A stretch of DNA of 64,000 nt, taken from positions 83,540 to 147,539 of the forward strand of contig CBDUPA010000012.1 in NCBI GenBank assembly GCA_965368975.1. Direction: 5' to 3'. Of this stretch, positions 34,699-44,278 are shown in pieces. The translations under genes and the position numbers were made by a program. A model generated the notes under the pieces. That model saw only the letters and a program-made list of their open reading frames with translations, was not told the origin of the DNA and did no database searches. How positions within the stretch are numbered: position 1 is the stretch's first letter; each line of letters begins with the position of its first letter. This DNA comes from an uncultured bacterium (lineage in GTDB: Bacteria > Acidobacteriota > Thermoanaerobaculia > Multivoradales > JAHZIX01).

Positions 34699-37464
34699 AT
34701 GGGGGACGGCTACCCCCGAGAGGCGGACTGCTGGCAGAGAGGGCCCCGCATCGCCCTCCTACGACTGGCGTTGCAACCCTGGCAGCGTCTGCAGGCTCTG
34801 CGCGCCGACGCGACCGTCGGGCACCTGGCCGTGGCCCGCCAGGCACAGGCCGAGCTCGACGCCCTCGTGCCGACGCTCGAGGCCGCACTGTTCACCGCCG
34901 CCGGTCCCAAGCGTCCCGCCGCCGGTCCCGTGGAGGCAGCGCGACGCCTGGCGTGCGTCGCGCTACGGCGGGCGGTGCACAATGGTCGGGAGTTGGACGC
35001 CTCGACACTCGGGAGCAGTGACCGCGACGGTGATCTGCAAGGGCAGCTGCAGCGATATAGCGAGCTGAAGGCTACTGTCGAGCGTGCCCGTGCCGCGGCG
35101 TTGCAGGCCTGCCAGGCCGAGTTGCCGCGGGCACGTCAGCACGTTCTCGACGCCAGCGCTGAACCGCTCCAGGCGGCGGCGCTAGCACTGGTCAGCCGAT
35201 CGCTGTTCCGCCGGCTGCAGCGTCTGCAGGCCGCAGCCGCACCCCATACTCAGGCCCGCGACGCCCAGACCCACGATACGCGTCACACCGTCGCCAAACT
35301 GCTCGCCTACCTCGACCGTGCCGCCAGCAAGACCAGCCCCAACGGCCTTTTCTGCGCCACCGCCGTCGCAACCTGGGGCGAGCGCCTGAACGTCCACCGC
35401 CTCGCTACGCCGCCGCGTGTCGATCTGCGCCTCAACGTCACCGAAGCGCGCAAACTCACCGCCCACCTCGGCTTCGGCCCGCAGATGGATGCCCTCGTGC
35501 GACCCCGTGTCACCACGACGCTGCATCGCCAATCCGCGGAGTCCGGCGAAGTCCTGACCTTCTGGCGCACAGCCTCGCTGCGTCGACCTGAGGACGACGA
35601 AGCTCTCCAGCGCCTGGGCGCACAGCCGATCGTCGACCTCTTCGTGCAACTGGCGGATGGTCGTCGCTCCGTTCCCGAACTCCTCCTGGCCGTCGCCAGC
35701 GCGGCGGCAGAGCACGGCATGGAAGTCAGCGTCGAGCAATTGGAGCCCTTCTTCCGCCAGCTCGTCGACGCCGGCCTGCTGCACGCCGAGATCGAGCTGC
35801 CGTACGGCTGCGGCCGCCCCCTGCGCGCGTTTGCGCATCGAGTTGAGGAACCGGCTGTCGACGGGGCCCCAAGGATTGCCGAGCTCGAAGCCATCGAAGC
35901 CGACCTCGACGCCGTCAACGCCACGCCCATCGAGGCCGCCGCTGCCGTCCGTCTGCCCGCCATCCTCGACGACCTGGCACGGCGTCTCGACGCCCAGGCA
36001 GCCACCCTGCCCGAACTGGCCCGGCCGCTCGTGCGCGATGAACTCTTCCGTCTCGACGCGGCCCTCGACGCGGCACCCGGTCGGCAAACCACCCTGCCGT
36101 GTCCCTGGCGCGACGCCCTGCAGCCCACCGTCGACGGCTACGCGCGCCTGTTCGCCTCGATGTACCCGTCGTCAAACTATCGTCAGCGCCTGGCGTCCGC
36201 CTTCCTGGAGCACTGGCCCGCGGACACCGACATCCCCCTGCTCGACCTCTACCATCACTTCCAACCACCACCCCCGGATTCCCGCGTACTCGACTTCCCG
36301 TGCCCGAGCAGCGATGTCGATAGCCAGCCGTACCAAGCCTGGCAGCAAGCCCGCGCCCTGCTCGTCGAGCTGGCCAGACAGGCCAGGGCGGCCGGGGAGC
36401 ACGAAGTCCGTCTCGACGACACCGCCTGGCATGCCTTGACGCATCCGCTTTCCGACCCAACCGGTCCTTCTGAGACGCTGAAGTGGACCGCCGGCGTTCT
36501 CTTCCAGCCCGTGCTCGCCAGTTCCGCGAACCGAAAGCAGCAGAACCGGCTCGTCCTCAACGCCCTCTTCTCGGGCACCGGCGTTGCCTTCGCCCGCTTT
36601 GCCGACCTGCACCCCGAAGTCGAGCCTGAGCTGCGCCGGCAACTCCGTGCCTCGGACTCTGCCGAAACCGCCCAAGTCCCCATCGTCGCCGAGCTGACCT
36701 ACAACCACTGGGGCCGCACCGCCAACGCCGGCCTGCGTCCACGACTCCACGAGTGGGAACTCGAACTCCCCGGTGACCGCGCCTCCGATGCTGGCTACGC
36801 CGCTGGCAAGGTCCTCACCCTCGCCGACCTCACCCTGCGCTACGACTCCACCGAGCAGCGCTTCCACCTGCGTCGCATCCAAGACGGTCGCCAGGTCCTC
36901 CCCGTTCTGTCGAGCGGCGTCAGCCCCGAAGGCCTGGTGGCGCTGCTGGTGGCGATCGGGCGTCAAGAGCAGCAGCCCCTTGGTCTGCTCCCCGGCTTCG
37001 CCTGGCCGGAAGAAGAGCTGGAACAAGACTTCCCAGACGGCGTTGAGACCTGGCCCCGCTTCGTCCGAGCTGTTTCTTCGGAGGCAGGCACTGACGAGAT
37101 CGACCTCGAAATCGTCCTCTGGCGCCGCCGCTGGCGCTTCCCCCGCGCCACCATTCCCAAACCCCCAAAGTCCCGCCCCGGCGACGACGCTGACCTCCAC
37201 CTCGCTACCTACTTCGCAGCCGTCGACACCTGGCGCCACCACCACCTCCTTCCTCGCCACATCTACCTCCACACCGCCACCGTCCGCAAGCCCACCCACG
37301 TCGATCTCGAATCCCCCCTCCACGTCGAGCTGCTGCGTCGACGCCTGGCGTCAGAGAAGGGAGATGTCTACGTCACCGAAGCGCTGCCGGGGCCAGAGGG
37401 TCTGTGGTGGGGCGGTGGAGACGAGCGCTCGAACGTCGAGGTGCTGGTGCAGTTGGGGGTGTGA
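34699..37464 (+). CDS. lantibiotic dehydratase (LanB) N-terminal glutamylation-domain protein
   Basis: 921 aa. VAKLLAYLDRAASKTSPNGLFCATAVATWGE matches the conserved LanB '...R-TPFGLFAGV..G' block. PELLLAVASAAAEHGMEVSVEQLEPFFRQLVDAGLLHAEIELP matches the typical winged-helix-like leader-binding region pattern. Confidence 0.75.
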   Translation: MGDGYPREADCWQRGPRIALLRLALQPWQRLQALRADATVGHLAVARQAQAELDALVPTLEAALFTAAGPKRPAAGPVEAARRLACVALRRAVHNGRELDASTLGSSDRDGDLQGQLQRYSELKATVERARAAALQACQAELPRARQHVLDASAEPLQAAALALVSRSLFRRLQRLQAAAAPHTQARDAQTHDTRHTVAKLLAYLDRAASKTSPNGLFCATAVATWGERLNVHRLATPPRVDLRLNVTEARKLTAHLGFGPQMDALVRPRVTTTLHRQSAESGEVLTFWRTASLRRPEDDEALQRLGAQPIVDLFVQLADGRRSVPELLLAVASAAAEHGMEVSVEQLEPFFRQLVDAGLLHAEIELPYGCGRPLRAFAHRVEEPAVDGAPRIAELEAIEADLDAVNATPIEAAAAVRLPAILDDLARRLDAQAATLPELARPLVRDELFRLDAALDAAPGRQTTLPCPWRDALQPTVDGYARLFASMYPSSNYRQRLASAFLEHWPADTDIPLLDLYHHFQPPPPDSRVLDFPCPSSDVDSQPYQAWQQARALLVELARQARAAGEHEVRLDDTAWHALTHPLSDPTGPSETLKWTAGVLFQPVLASSANRKQQNRLVLNALFSGTGVAFARFADLHPEVEPELRRQLRASDSAETAQVPIVAELTYNHWGRTANAGLRPRLHEWELELPGDRASDAGYAAGKVLTLADLTLRYDSTEQRFHLRRIQDGRQVLPVLSSGVSPEGLVALLVAIGRQEQQPLGLLPGFAWPEEELEQDFPDGVETWPRFVRAVSSEAGTDEIDLEIVLWRRRWRFPRATIPKPPKSRPGDDADLHLATYFAAVDTWRHHHLLPRHIYLHTATVRKPTHVDLESPLHVELLRRRLASEKGDVYVTEALPGPEGLWWGGGDERSNVEVLVQLGV

Positions 37465-37638
37465 GGGGGAGGTAGTTGCAGTCCAGGGCACTCGAGTCCT
37501 TGGTCTGCTTGACTGCGGTTTGCCGCGTACTAGATCAAGGGTTTCTTGTCTCTTTCGTAGTTGGGTAACGAGTGTCGCCGTCAATGAGTGACAGGGCAGC
37601 TCGAGTCACGAACCAGGTGACAAAAAGGGGATTGCATC

Positions 37639-40362
37639 GTGGTCGTATGTCTCTTGGAGACAGTCGTTCGAAGAGCAGTGACAGCTGCTGCGATTCTGAC
37701 GCTTGTCGTGGGACTGGGCTTACAGGCACAGTCAGGGTCTGCTAACGCCCCGAAAGGGGCCCAGTTTGTCTTCGTGATCGATGATTCTGGCAGCATGGGG
37801 CAGCCGGAACACGGGCTTACAGACCCCGATCGGCTGGCTGTGTTCGCGGTGCGTGCTCTACTGGGTGTGCTCGACGACCGGGACTGGGCGACAGTTGTTC
37901 GTCTCAATGGCCCTCGCGAGGGTGAAGATCCGCTATCGCTGGCGCCTTTGGGAGATGCGCACCGAACCCGGCTGATGGAGGTTCTGCAGCTGGACGCGGA
38001 ACTGGCGCGATATGAGGGGGAGTACACGCCTTGCCGAAGGGCTCTACAGGCCGTCAAGCGGATGCTCGAAGGGTCGGATAGGCAGAACATTTCCCAAGTC
38101 GTGATCTTCCTTTCGGATGGCAAGTGCACACCGGTAACGCAAGGGGAAGATCGTGTCCTTGACTTTGCTGAAGGTTTGCGCTCGGCTCAGGGAGAGAATC
38201 CGCGCCTTCAGTTCTACTTTCTGCGATTCGAAGGGCAAGAGTACACTCCGGGGCTGGAGCAGCTGGCCGAGAACACCGGAGGTTCGGCGATCGAGGTCCG
38301 ACAGGGGGATCCGACGCGGATCCTCTACACCTTTGCGCAAGCGCTGGCCCGCTCGCAGGGCTACGAACCTCTGATCCTCAGTCCGAGCGTGCGGCAGCTG
38401 CCGGCCTACCGGGGGGCCAACCGAGTCCGCTTGCTGGCAATTGCGCGCGGCGATCAGGGAGAGCCGTTGGCGGTGCGCGTCCGGCGTCGTCAAGGGGGCG
38501 GAGTCGATACGGTGCCGATCGAGCAGGGCACCCACAGATTCCCGGGGCAACAGGGGTATCGCTTCGCTTCGGTGCAGTATCGGCCGGTCGAGCAGCCGGT
38601 GGAGGTGGAGGTGGTCGGAGCCGGCGAGGATTGGGAGGTCGTTGCCTTGCCGGAATATCACCTGGCGGTCAACCTGGCCTTGCGTCGTGGTGGCTGTGAG
38701 GAGGAAGGCGAGACCCTGGGTGGCGTCACGCCAGCCGGAAGCGGATTGTGTGCGGTGATCGAGCTAGTCAATGAGGAAGGGCGCGTGGTGGGCAAGGAGG
38801 TGACCACCGGGCAGTTACAGGCTTCCTTGCGTCAGACAGTCCCGGGTGGTTCCGAGCCTCGGCTGATTTCGGCAACGGAAGCTTCCTCGGATCTCGCCAG
38901 CTTCCGCTTGGATATACAAGGGCTCGAGAGCGGTCACCACGAGTTTCAGGGGCAGGTCCAGTTGGGGACCCAGGTTGACGATCCCCGAGTTCTGACGGGC
39001 ACTGCGCGAACACTGCAAGCAGTAGATCTGGCGATCCGGCCGGTTCCGAGTGAGCTGCGACTCGATCCAATCCAGCCCGGTGAGGTCAGCCGTCAGAGCC
39101 TGGAGATCCATGGCAACTTCGCGCCGTCGGAAGCCGTGGTCTCCTTGGAAGAGGGAGAGAATCTGCCGAGCTGCGTGACCTTAAGCTTTGACGGCAAGGA
39201 GCTTGGAGAGACCATCTCGATTCGTCCAAAGCAGGGCTACTGGGTCGAATTTCGGGCGGCCAAAGCCTGCGGCGAGACGCAAGGTCGACAGGTCGATGCG
39301 CGCCTGCGCCTGGAGCTTGCGGGACTCGATTCGATTGCCATACCGGTAACCTTTCGCTTGGAGAACAACGCCCAACGCCGAGATCCGACAACAGTGGAAT
39401 TGCGGGCAGGTACGACGAGAGAGGTCGATGTAGCAATCCCCGCGGCCTGGAATTCTTTCGACGTACAAGCAACCGCCGCCGAGAATGCGCAGGGCGAAAC
39501 CTATGAGTTGCTGCGCGCTGAGATTCTGAGCGAGCCTCCGATTCCCTCTGAAGACGGTGAAGCCTCAGGTCGCCAGCGAGTCGAGGGATTGACCGCTGAA
39601 CAGGGACTGTCTCTGCAACTCGTAGCTTCGGGCTGTTGCAGGTCCGGGACCTACGCCCTCGATGTCTACCTGTGGCCCAAGGTCGGTGCCACGACCATCG
39701 TACCGCTGGTCGTCGAAGTCGAGGCCAGCTGGTGGACCTGCTACGGCTCTTGGGTGCTCGCGGGGACCATCGGTCTCTTGGCTGGCTTGCTGGTGTTCTA
39801 TGTCCTGAGCATGTTCAGTCATACCACCTTGCTCGACCGAGACCAGCTGAGCGCTCGTCTAGTGCCCTTACGCTGGCCTCGCCATCGCGGCGCACCGCAA
39901 CCCGCCAGCAATCGCAGTAGTGACCGAGAAGAGGTCGAAGACATTGTGCACAGTGAAGTCTCTAGCCTGCAGCGGGTGCGGAGCTGGCTACGAGCCAATC
40001 CCCTGGTCTTTGGCTCGCCTGGGCGAGAGTACAGAGAGACGGCCGAACTCTTTTTGACCACTGATCTCGGGCTAACCTCGATTTCCCTGGTATTGGAGCG
40101 GGATGTCGTCGACCGACTCCGGACGAGCGAGGAGATCGACACTTGGGAAGAGGGGAGGCTCTTCGCGCGCGCCGGCAATCCCGTCTCCTTCTTTGTCGTG
40201 CGCGGTCCGAGCAAGAAAGTTCAGCAGATGACTCCGGAAGGCTGGTTCGGCAAGGTCGATGACCTGACTGTCGAGCAGGTTTCCAAAGGACAAAGATTCA
40301 TTCGTCAGCTTTCCATCAAAGAGCGCAAAGAAGGCGCTGTGGCCGGGTGGGTTCTGGAATAG
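37639..40362 (+). CDS. exported von Willebrand factor A (vWA) domain protein with single C-proximal TM helix and cytoplasmic tail
   Basis: Signal/anchor: RRAVTAAAILTLVVGLGLQAQS. vWA with MIDAS: FVFVIDDSGSMGQ...; VVIFLSDGKCTP. About 500 aa of beta-rich repeats follow. TM helix: WWTCYGSWVLAGTIGLLAGLLVFYVLSMF. The tail is ~200 aa. Confidence 0.75.
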   Translation: MVVCLLETVVRRAVTAAAILTLVVGLGLQAQSGSANAPKGAQFVFVIDDSGSMGQPEHGLTDPDRLAVFAVRALLGVLDDRDWATVVRLNGPREGEDPLSLAPLGDAHRTRLMEVLQLDAELARYEGEYTPCRRALQAVKRMLEGSDRQNISQVVIFLSDGKCTPVTQGEDRVLDFAEGLRSAQGENPRLQFYFLRFEGQEYTPGLEQLAENTGGSAIEVRQGDPTRILYTFAQALARSQGYEPLILSPSVRQLPAYRGANRVRLLAIARGDQGEPLAVRVRRRQGGGVDTVPIEQGTHRFPGQQGYRFASVQYRPVEQPVEVEVVGAGEDWEVVALPEYHLAVNLALRRGGCEEEGETLGGVTPAGSGLCAVIELVNEEGRVVGKEVTTGQLQASLRQTVPGGSEPRLISATEASSDLASFRLDIQGLESGHHEFQGQVQLGTQVDDPRVLTGTARTLQAVDLAIRPVPSELRLDPIQPGEVSRQSLEIHGNFAPSEAVVSLEEGENLPSCVTLSFDGKELGETISIRPKQGYWVEFRAAKACGETQGRQVDARLRLELAGLDSIAIPVTFRLENNAQRRDPTTVELRAGTTREVDVAIPAAWNSFDVQATAAENAQGETYELLRAEILSEPPIPSEDGEASGRQRVEGLTAEQGLSLQLVASGCCRSGTYALDVYLWPKVGATTIVPLVVEVEASWWTCYGSWVLAGTIGLLAGLLVFYVLSMFSHTTLLDRDQLSARLVPLRWPRHRGAPQPASNRSSDREEVEDIVHSEVSSLQRVRSWLRANPLVFGSPGREYRETAELFLTTDLGLTSISLVLERDVVDRLRTSEEIDTWEEGRLFARAGNPVSFFVVRGPSKKVQQMTPEGWFGKVDDLTVEQVSKGQRFIRQLSIKERKEGAVAGWVLE

Positions 40363-40408
40363 AGCTCGAGGCCGGTCCGAAAACAAAAGCAAAATTGCGA
40401 GGTTGAAC

Positions 40409-43400
40409 ATGGCCAGAGATCGTAAGTTGATCGTCGAAGAACTCCTGACCAAGCCCAGCGGCGTGTGTCCGATGCTGTTCGTTGGTATGGGAGGAGCGGG
40501 TTGCAGGATGGTGGAGCGGATCGCCGGTCATCTCCGAGGTCGACCGGATTATAAAGAACGCTTCAAAGATCTGGTCAAGTTCGCCATGATCGACAGCAAT
40601 GTCAATGATCTGGAAGGGTATCGAGAAGTGGCCAATGCAACCTTCCTGATCAGTGACTTCGAGAAGGAGGAGTACGCCAATCTGGCCTCTGGCAAGAAGT
40701 TCCTGGAACCGCAGCAGTACTTTACACAGTGGGTGCCGTCGGACTATCGCTTCCGCTCCGGAGATACCTCGGGGGCTGGCCAGATTCGCATCGAATCTCG
40801 TCTGGGTGTTTACTACCAGATGAAGCACAAACAATTCGTGCCCAGATTCCGCAGTCTCTTGGAGAGTCTGAAGTCGCACGAGAACGGACATCGGAGGTTG
40901 GACTCCGACGAGATCCGGATCGTACTCTGCTATTCCGTCGCCGGCGGAACCGGCTCCGGTTGTCATCTGCCAGTGGCCTATATGTTGCGGGATCAGGCCG
41001 ACGACCTGGGCAAGCCGACTTTGATCGGTGTTGCGGTGTTGCCGGCGGTCTTCGAGGACAAGGTCGGCGTCAATAAGGATGGTGTTTTTGCCAACGGTTA
41101 TGCAGCTCTGAAGGAAACCGAGCATTTGATGAAGCTCGGTGCCCCGGATTCTCGGTTCTTTCCCGAGAAGGGGATCGAGTTTCACTACAACCCCGCCGAT
41201 GAATCGAAGCGAACGGTTCACGCGCGTCCCTTCGACTTCCTTTATCTGATCGACAAACCCGAGTCGTTCAGCGTTCCCGAGCCGGTGGATGCTGCGGCGG
41301 ACGGACTCTATCTGCAGTTCTTCTCGCCCCTCTACGGGGCCCAGCTCTCCGACTACGACAACTACACGCAGTACCAGAGGTTCTTGGTACCGGAAGACTT
41401 CGAAGAGGGAGGCATTCCGGGCTTCTCGACCTTCTATGGCTCCTACGGTTGCGCAGTGCTCCTGGTGCCGGTTCCCGGCCTGGTGGAGTATTGCAGCCAG
41501 GCTGCCGCCCTGGCGTTGATTCGGGCCAGCTTCATGGGGGATATCCCAGCGGATCCGATGTACGAGCCCTTGCGCATCGACAGCGACCGCTTCTATGAAG
41601 TCAAGGAGCGCGACGACGAGGATGCGCAGCTCTTCCAGGCTGCGGATATCCCCAGTCAGCCTCAGAAAGAGCGTCGCCGAAGGTTGTTCGATCGGCTTTT
41701 TGCCAAGCGGGTGCGCCTGCTGGCGGCGTGTGAGTACCGGGCTGACCGCGACGGCCGGTTCCGCGGCATCTTCCGGCACGGCCACTATCTCGGAACCATC
41801 CCGAAGCTCGACGGTAGCGCCGTCATGGACATGGAGCGGTTCGACGAAGAGGCCGAGCGCGAGCGCGAGCTGGTCGGTGGCAAGCTCAGCGTTTCGATCG
41901 GCGGCATCATCCTGCCCGCCTTGGTCGGACTGCCGGGGGACGACCCCGGACTCCTGCAACGGGCGCACCAAGCGATCAAGAACTTCAAGGTCGACAAGCC
42001 GCGTCGTGACATGCGGGTCAACGAACTACGAGCGCGCGGCGACGCGTGGCGGACGATGTTGAGGGATGAGGGGCGTCAACGCCTGCGCGATGGCTACAGC
42101 GATGGCACGGTGCAGGTGCCTGGCATGGAGAGCCTGGTGCAAATGGACTTCCTGCGCCGGGAGGCGGGAGAGGTCGAGCTGGCGGCCAAGCGCTACGCGG
42201 TGCTCTCTCTGCTCGACGCGGTGGATTGGGAACAAGCGCCGGAAGACGAGGCCGAGTCCAACTTCGATGTCCAGGAGAAGAAGCCCACGGCCAAGGCCGA
42301 CGATGCCTTGATCGAGCACGTAATCAACCAGGCTCGGGATCTGGCCTTCCGCGACATCCGCCGCGAGTTCCTGTCCCAATTGGGCGAGTTGCGCGAGGCG
42401 CTGGAGAGCATCGCCGACGAGATGCGGGAGCTGGAGCAGGGGTCGACCAACCTGGAGCGCGAGTACGGTCGTCGCCTGGAGCGCCTGCAGTTCCAGGGCG
42501 AGGAGTCGGCCAATCAGTACATCCTGGACGCCGAGGCGTTGCAAGGGGAAGACAATCGACGCTTCTGGGACTTCTACTTCGAGGACAAAATCGCAGCTCT
42601 GCCCGAGTTGTCGCTGAGCAATGCTCGCGTGCAACAAATCCTGAGTGACACCGTCATCGAGCTATCGCAGCGTACGGGCCGCAGCACGAGCACGTCACGC
42701 CTGGAGAAACTGTTCACCGCGTTGCGCAAGTATGCCCAGGACTTCCTCGACAAGCGGATCGGCGGTGATCGTCACTCACCGGACCTGGAACGTCGCGAAG
42801 GGTTGACGCTGTCGGATGCGCTGGAGCTGGAGATCACCTACCGAGCGCTCTATCGCAGCTACGCCGAAGCGATCCAGGGGCAGGGGGACAAGGTCATTCG
42901 TCGCATTCTCTCCGAATACCGCGCCCTGCCCGACGAGAAGCAGATCGATTTCGCGGAGCCCAAGCACCAGGACTATCTGCGCGACAAGATCAAGCGGGTA
43001 GTGCAGGAGAAGGCATCCCTGCTCTGTGTCTACAACCACTCACGCGATCAGCATGGTGGCGTGCGGCCAAACCATATCTTCCTGGCCGCGATTGATGAGA
43101 ACTTCAAGAACAGCAACATCGAACAGGCGCTGAAAGATGCCGACATCGATGATCTCAAGTGGGTGTCCGGCAGCTGGCACAACGCCAAAGAGATCGTCTT
43201 CTACCGCGCGGTGTTGAATGTTCCGCTTTACACCTTCGGTCGGCTCGACCAGATGAAGCACCACTATGAAAGCTTCCGCAGTCTGAGGCGGCGCTCGAAG
43301 GTGCTGCACATCGACAAGAACTGGGAGGGTGACCAGCTCTGTGACCTGGATCCGGGCACGCTCAAAGAAGTGCATCGTCAACTAACCGTGCGCGACCAGA

Positions 43401-44278
43401 TCATCAACTTCACCTCGCTGCTGAGCAGCAAGCATCCGCGCATCGATGAGAAGGGGGCTACCTGCATCTTGCGTCGGCGCGGGCGCTACTATCTGCTGGA
43501 TCCGACCCTCAGCAAGATACCCGATGAGCACGATCCTGGTTCGACCTTGTTGGGCGACGCCCTGGCCCGAGCCATCGAACGCTTGCCCGAGGTGCTCGAT
43601 GCCGAGCGCGTGAACTTCAGCGAGTACCGGGATTCGCTGCACGGTGTACGCAATGGCATGGCCCCGTGGCTGCTGGGCAAGATCTGCAGGTTACCTTTCC
43701 AGTGGCGCCTGCAATACGAAGATTTGAGCAACCACTATGGGCATCAGCGTTCGATCGAGCAGCAAGAGATTCTGCGTGATCTGAAAAACTCCTACGAGAA
43801 GCTCAATGAAGCGCTGGACTCTCTGCTCGCGGAACTGCGCAATCGTCGACTCGAGAGTCGGACCCGCAAGGAGGACTTCACGGTCTACGCTCGCCGCTTG
43901 ACCGCCCAGCAGGCCAAGGATGCACTGGATCAGAGCATCAAGGTGCTGGCCAACTACAGCGAGGCCTGGAGCAAGGTCGAGGACAGCTCGCAGGTCCCGG
44001 ATACCCCCGAGTCGTTCGTGGATCTCTTCCAGCCTCTGGACCATGGCAAGTTGCAGAGCATGCTCGACAAGTTGCACAAGCCGATCCTTGATGACGATGA
44101 TGACGATGAGGAAGGCGATGGCCCCGGCCCAGCCAAGCCCCCAGCGGAGCCGGTCAAGCGCCCAGCGGAGCCAGACAAGCCCTCAGCGGAGCCAGACAAA
44201 GACTCGGCGGAGCCAGACGAAGACTCTGCCACTGAAGAGCCTTCGGAACCAGATCCCACTGAAACCGAAGGGTCATGA
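40409..44278 (+). CDS. giant tubulin/FtsZ-superfamily GTPase (Tubulin_2 / FtsZl-1-like) with long coiled-coil region and acidic repeat tail
   Basis: MLFVGMGGAGCRMVERI (G-box/T1-like), GDTSGAGQIRIESRLG (T3-like), and IRIVLCYSVAGGTGSGCHLPVAYML with the tubulin signature AGGTGSG at nt 40940-40960. GAGG lies 6 nt upstream of ATG 40409. The C-terminal ~800 aa are helical or charged. Confidence 0.7.
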   Translation: MARDRKLIVEELLTKPSGVCPMLFVGMGGAGCRMVERIAGHLRGRPDYKERFKDLVKFAMIDSNVNDLEGYREVANATFLISDFEKEEYANLASGKKFLEPQQYFTQWVPSDYRFRSGDTSGAGQIRIESRLGVYYQMKHKQFVPRFRSLLESLKSHENGHRRLDSDEIRIVLCYSVAGGTGSGCHLPVAYMLRDQADDLGKPTLIGVAVLPAVFEDKVGVNKDGVFANGYAALKETEHLMKLGAPDSRFFPEKGIEFHYNPADESKRTVHARPFDFLYLIDKPESFSVPEPVDAAADGLYLQFFSPLYGAQLSDYDNYTQYQRFLVPEDFEEGGIPGFSTFYGSYGCAVLLVPVPGLVEYCSQAAALALIRASFMGDIPADPMYEPLRIDSDRFYEVKERDDEDAQLFQAADIPSQPQKERRRRLFDRLFAKRVRLLAACEYRADRDGRFRGIFRHGHYLGTIPKLDGSAVMDMERFDEEAERERELVGGKLSVSIGGIILPALVGLPGDDPGLLQRAHQAIKNFKVDKPRRDMRVNELRARGDAWRTMLRDEGRQRLRDGYSDGTVQVPGMESLVQMDFLRREAGEVELAAKRYAVLSLLDAVDWEQAPEDEAESNFDVQEKKPTAKADDALIEHVINQARDLAFRDIRREFLSQLGELREALESIADEMRELEQGSTNLEREYGRRLERLQFQGEESANQYILDAEALQGEDNRRFWDFYFEDKIAALPELSLSNARVQQILSDTVIELSQRTGRSTSTSRLEKLFTALRKYAQDFLDKRIGGDRHSPDLERREGLTLSDALELEITYRALYRSYAEAIQGQGDKVIRRILSEYRALPDEKQIDFAEPKHQDYLRDKIKRVVQEKASLLCVYNHSRDQHGGVRPNHIFLAAIDENFKNSNIEQALKDADIDDLKWVSGSWHNAKEIVFYRAVLNVPLYTFGRLDQMKHHYESFRSLRRRSKVLHIDKNWEGDQLCDLDPGTLKEVHRQLTVRDQIINFTSLLSSKHPRIDEKGATCILRRRGRYYLLDPTLSKIPDEHDPGSTLLGDALARAIERLPEVLDAERVNFSEYRDSLHGVRNGMAPWLLGKICRLPFQWRLQYEDLSNHYGHQRSIEQQEILRDLKNSYEKLNEALDSLLAELRNRRLESRTRKEDFTVYARRLTAQQAKDALDQSIKVLANYSEAWSKVEDSSQVPDTPESFVDLFQPLDHGKLQSMLDKLHKPILDDDDDDEEGDGPGPAKPPAEPVKRPAEPDKPSAEPDKDSAEPDEDSATEEPSEPDPTETEGS
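44141..44224 (+). repeat. 4 x 21-bp in-frame tandem repeat (PAEPVKR/PAEPDKP/SAEPDKD/SAEPDED) inside the tubulin-like gene
   Basis: CCAGCGGAGCCGGTCAAGCGC / CCAGCGGAGCCAGACAAGCCC / TCAGCGGAGCCAGACAAAGAC / TCGGCGGAGCCAGACGAAGAC. Confidence 0.85.
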
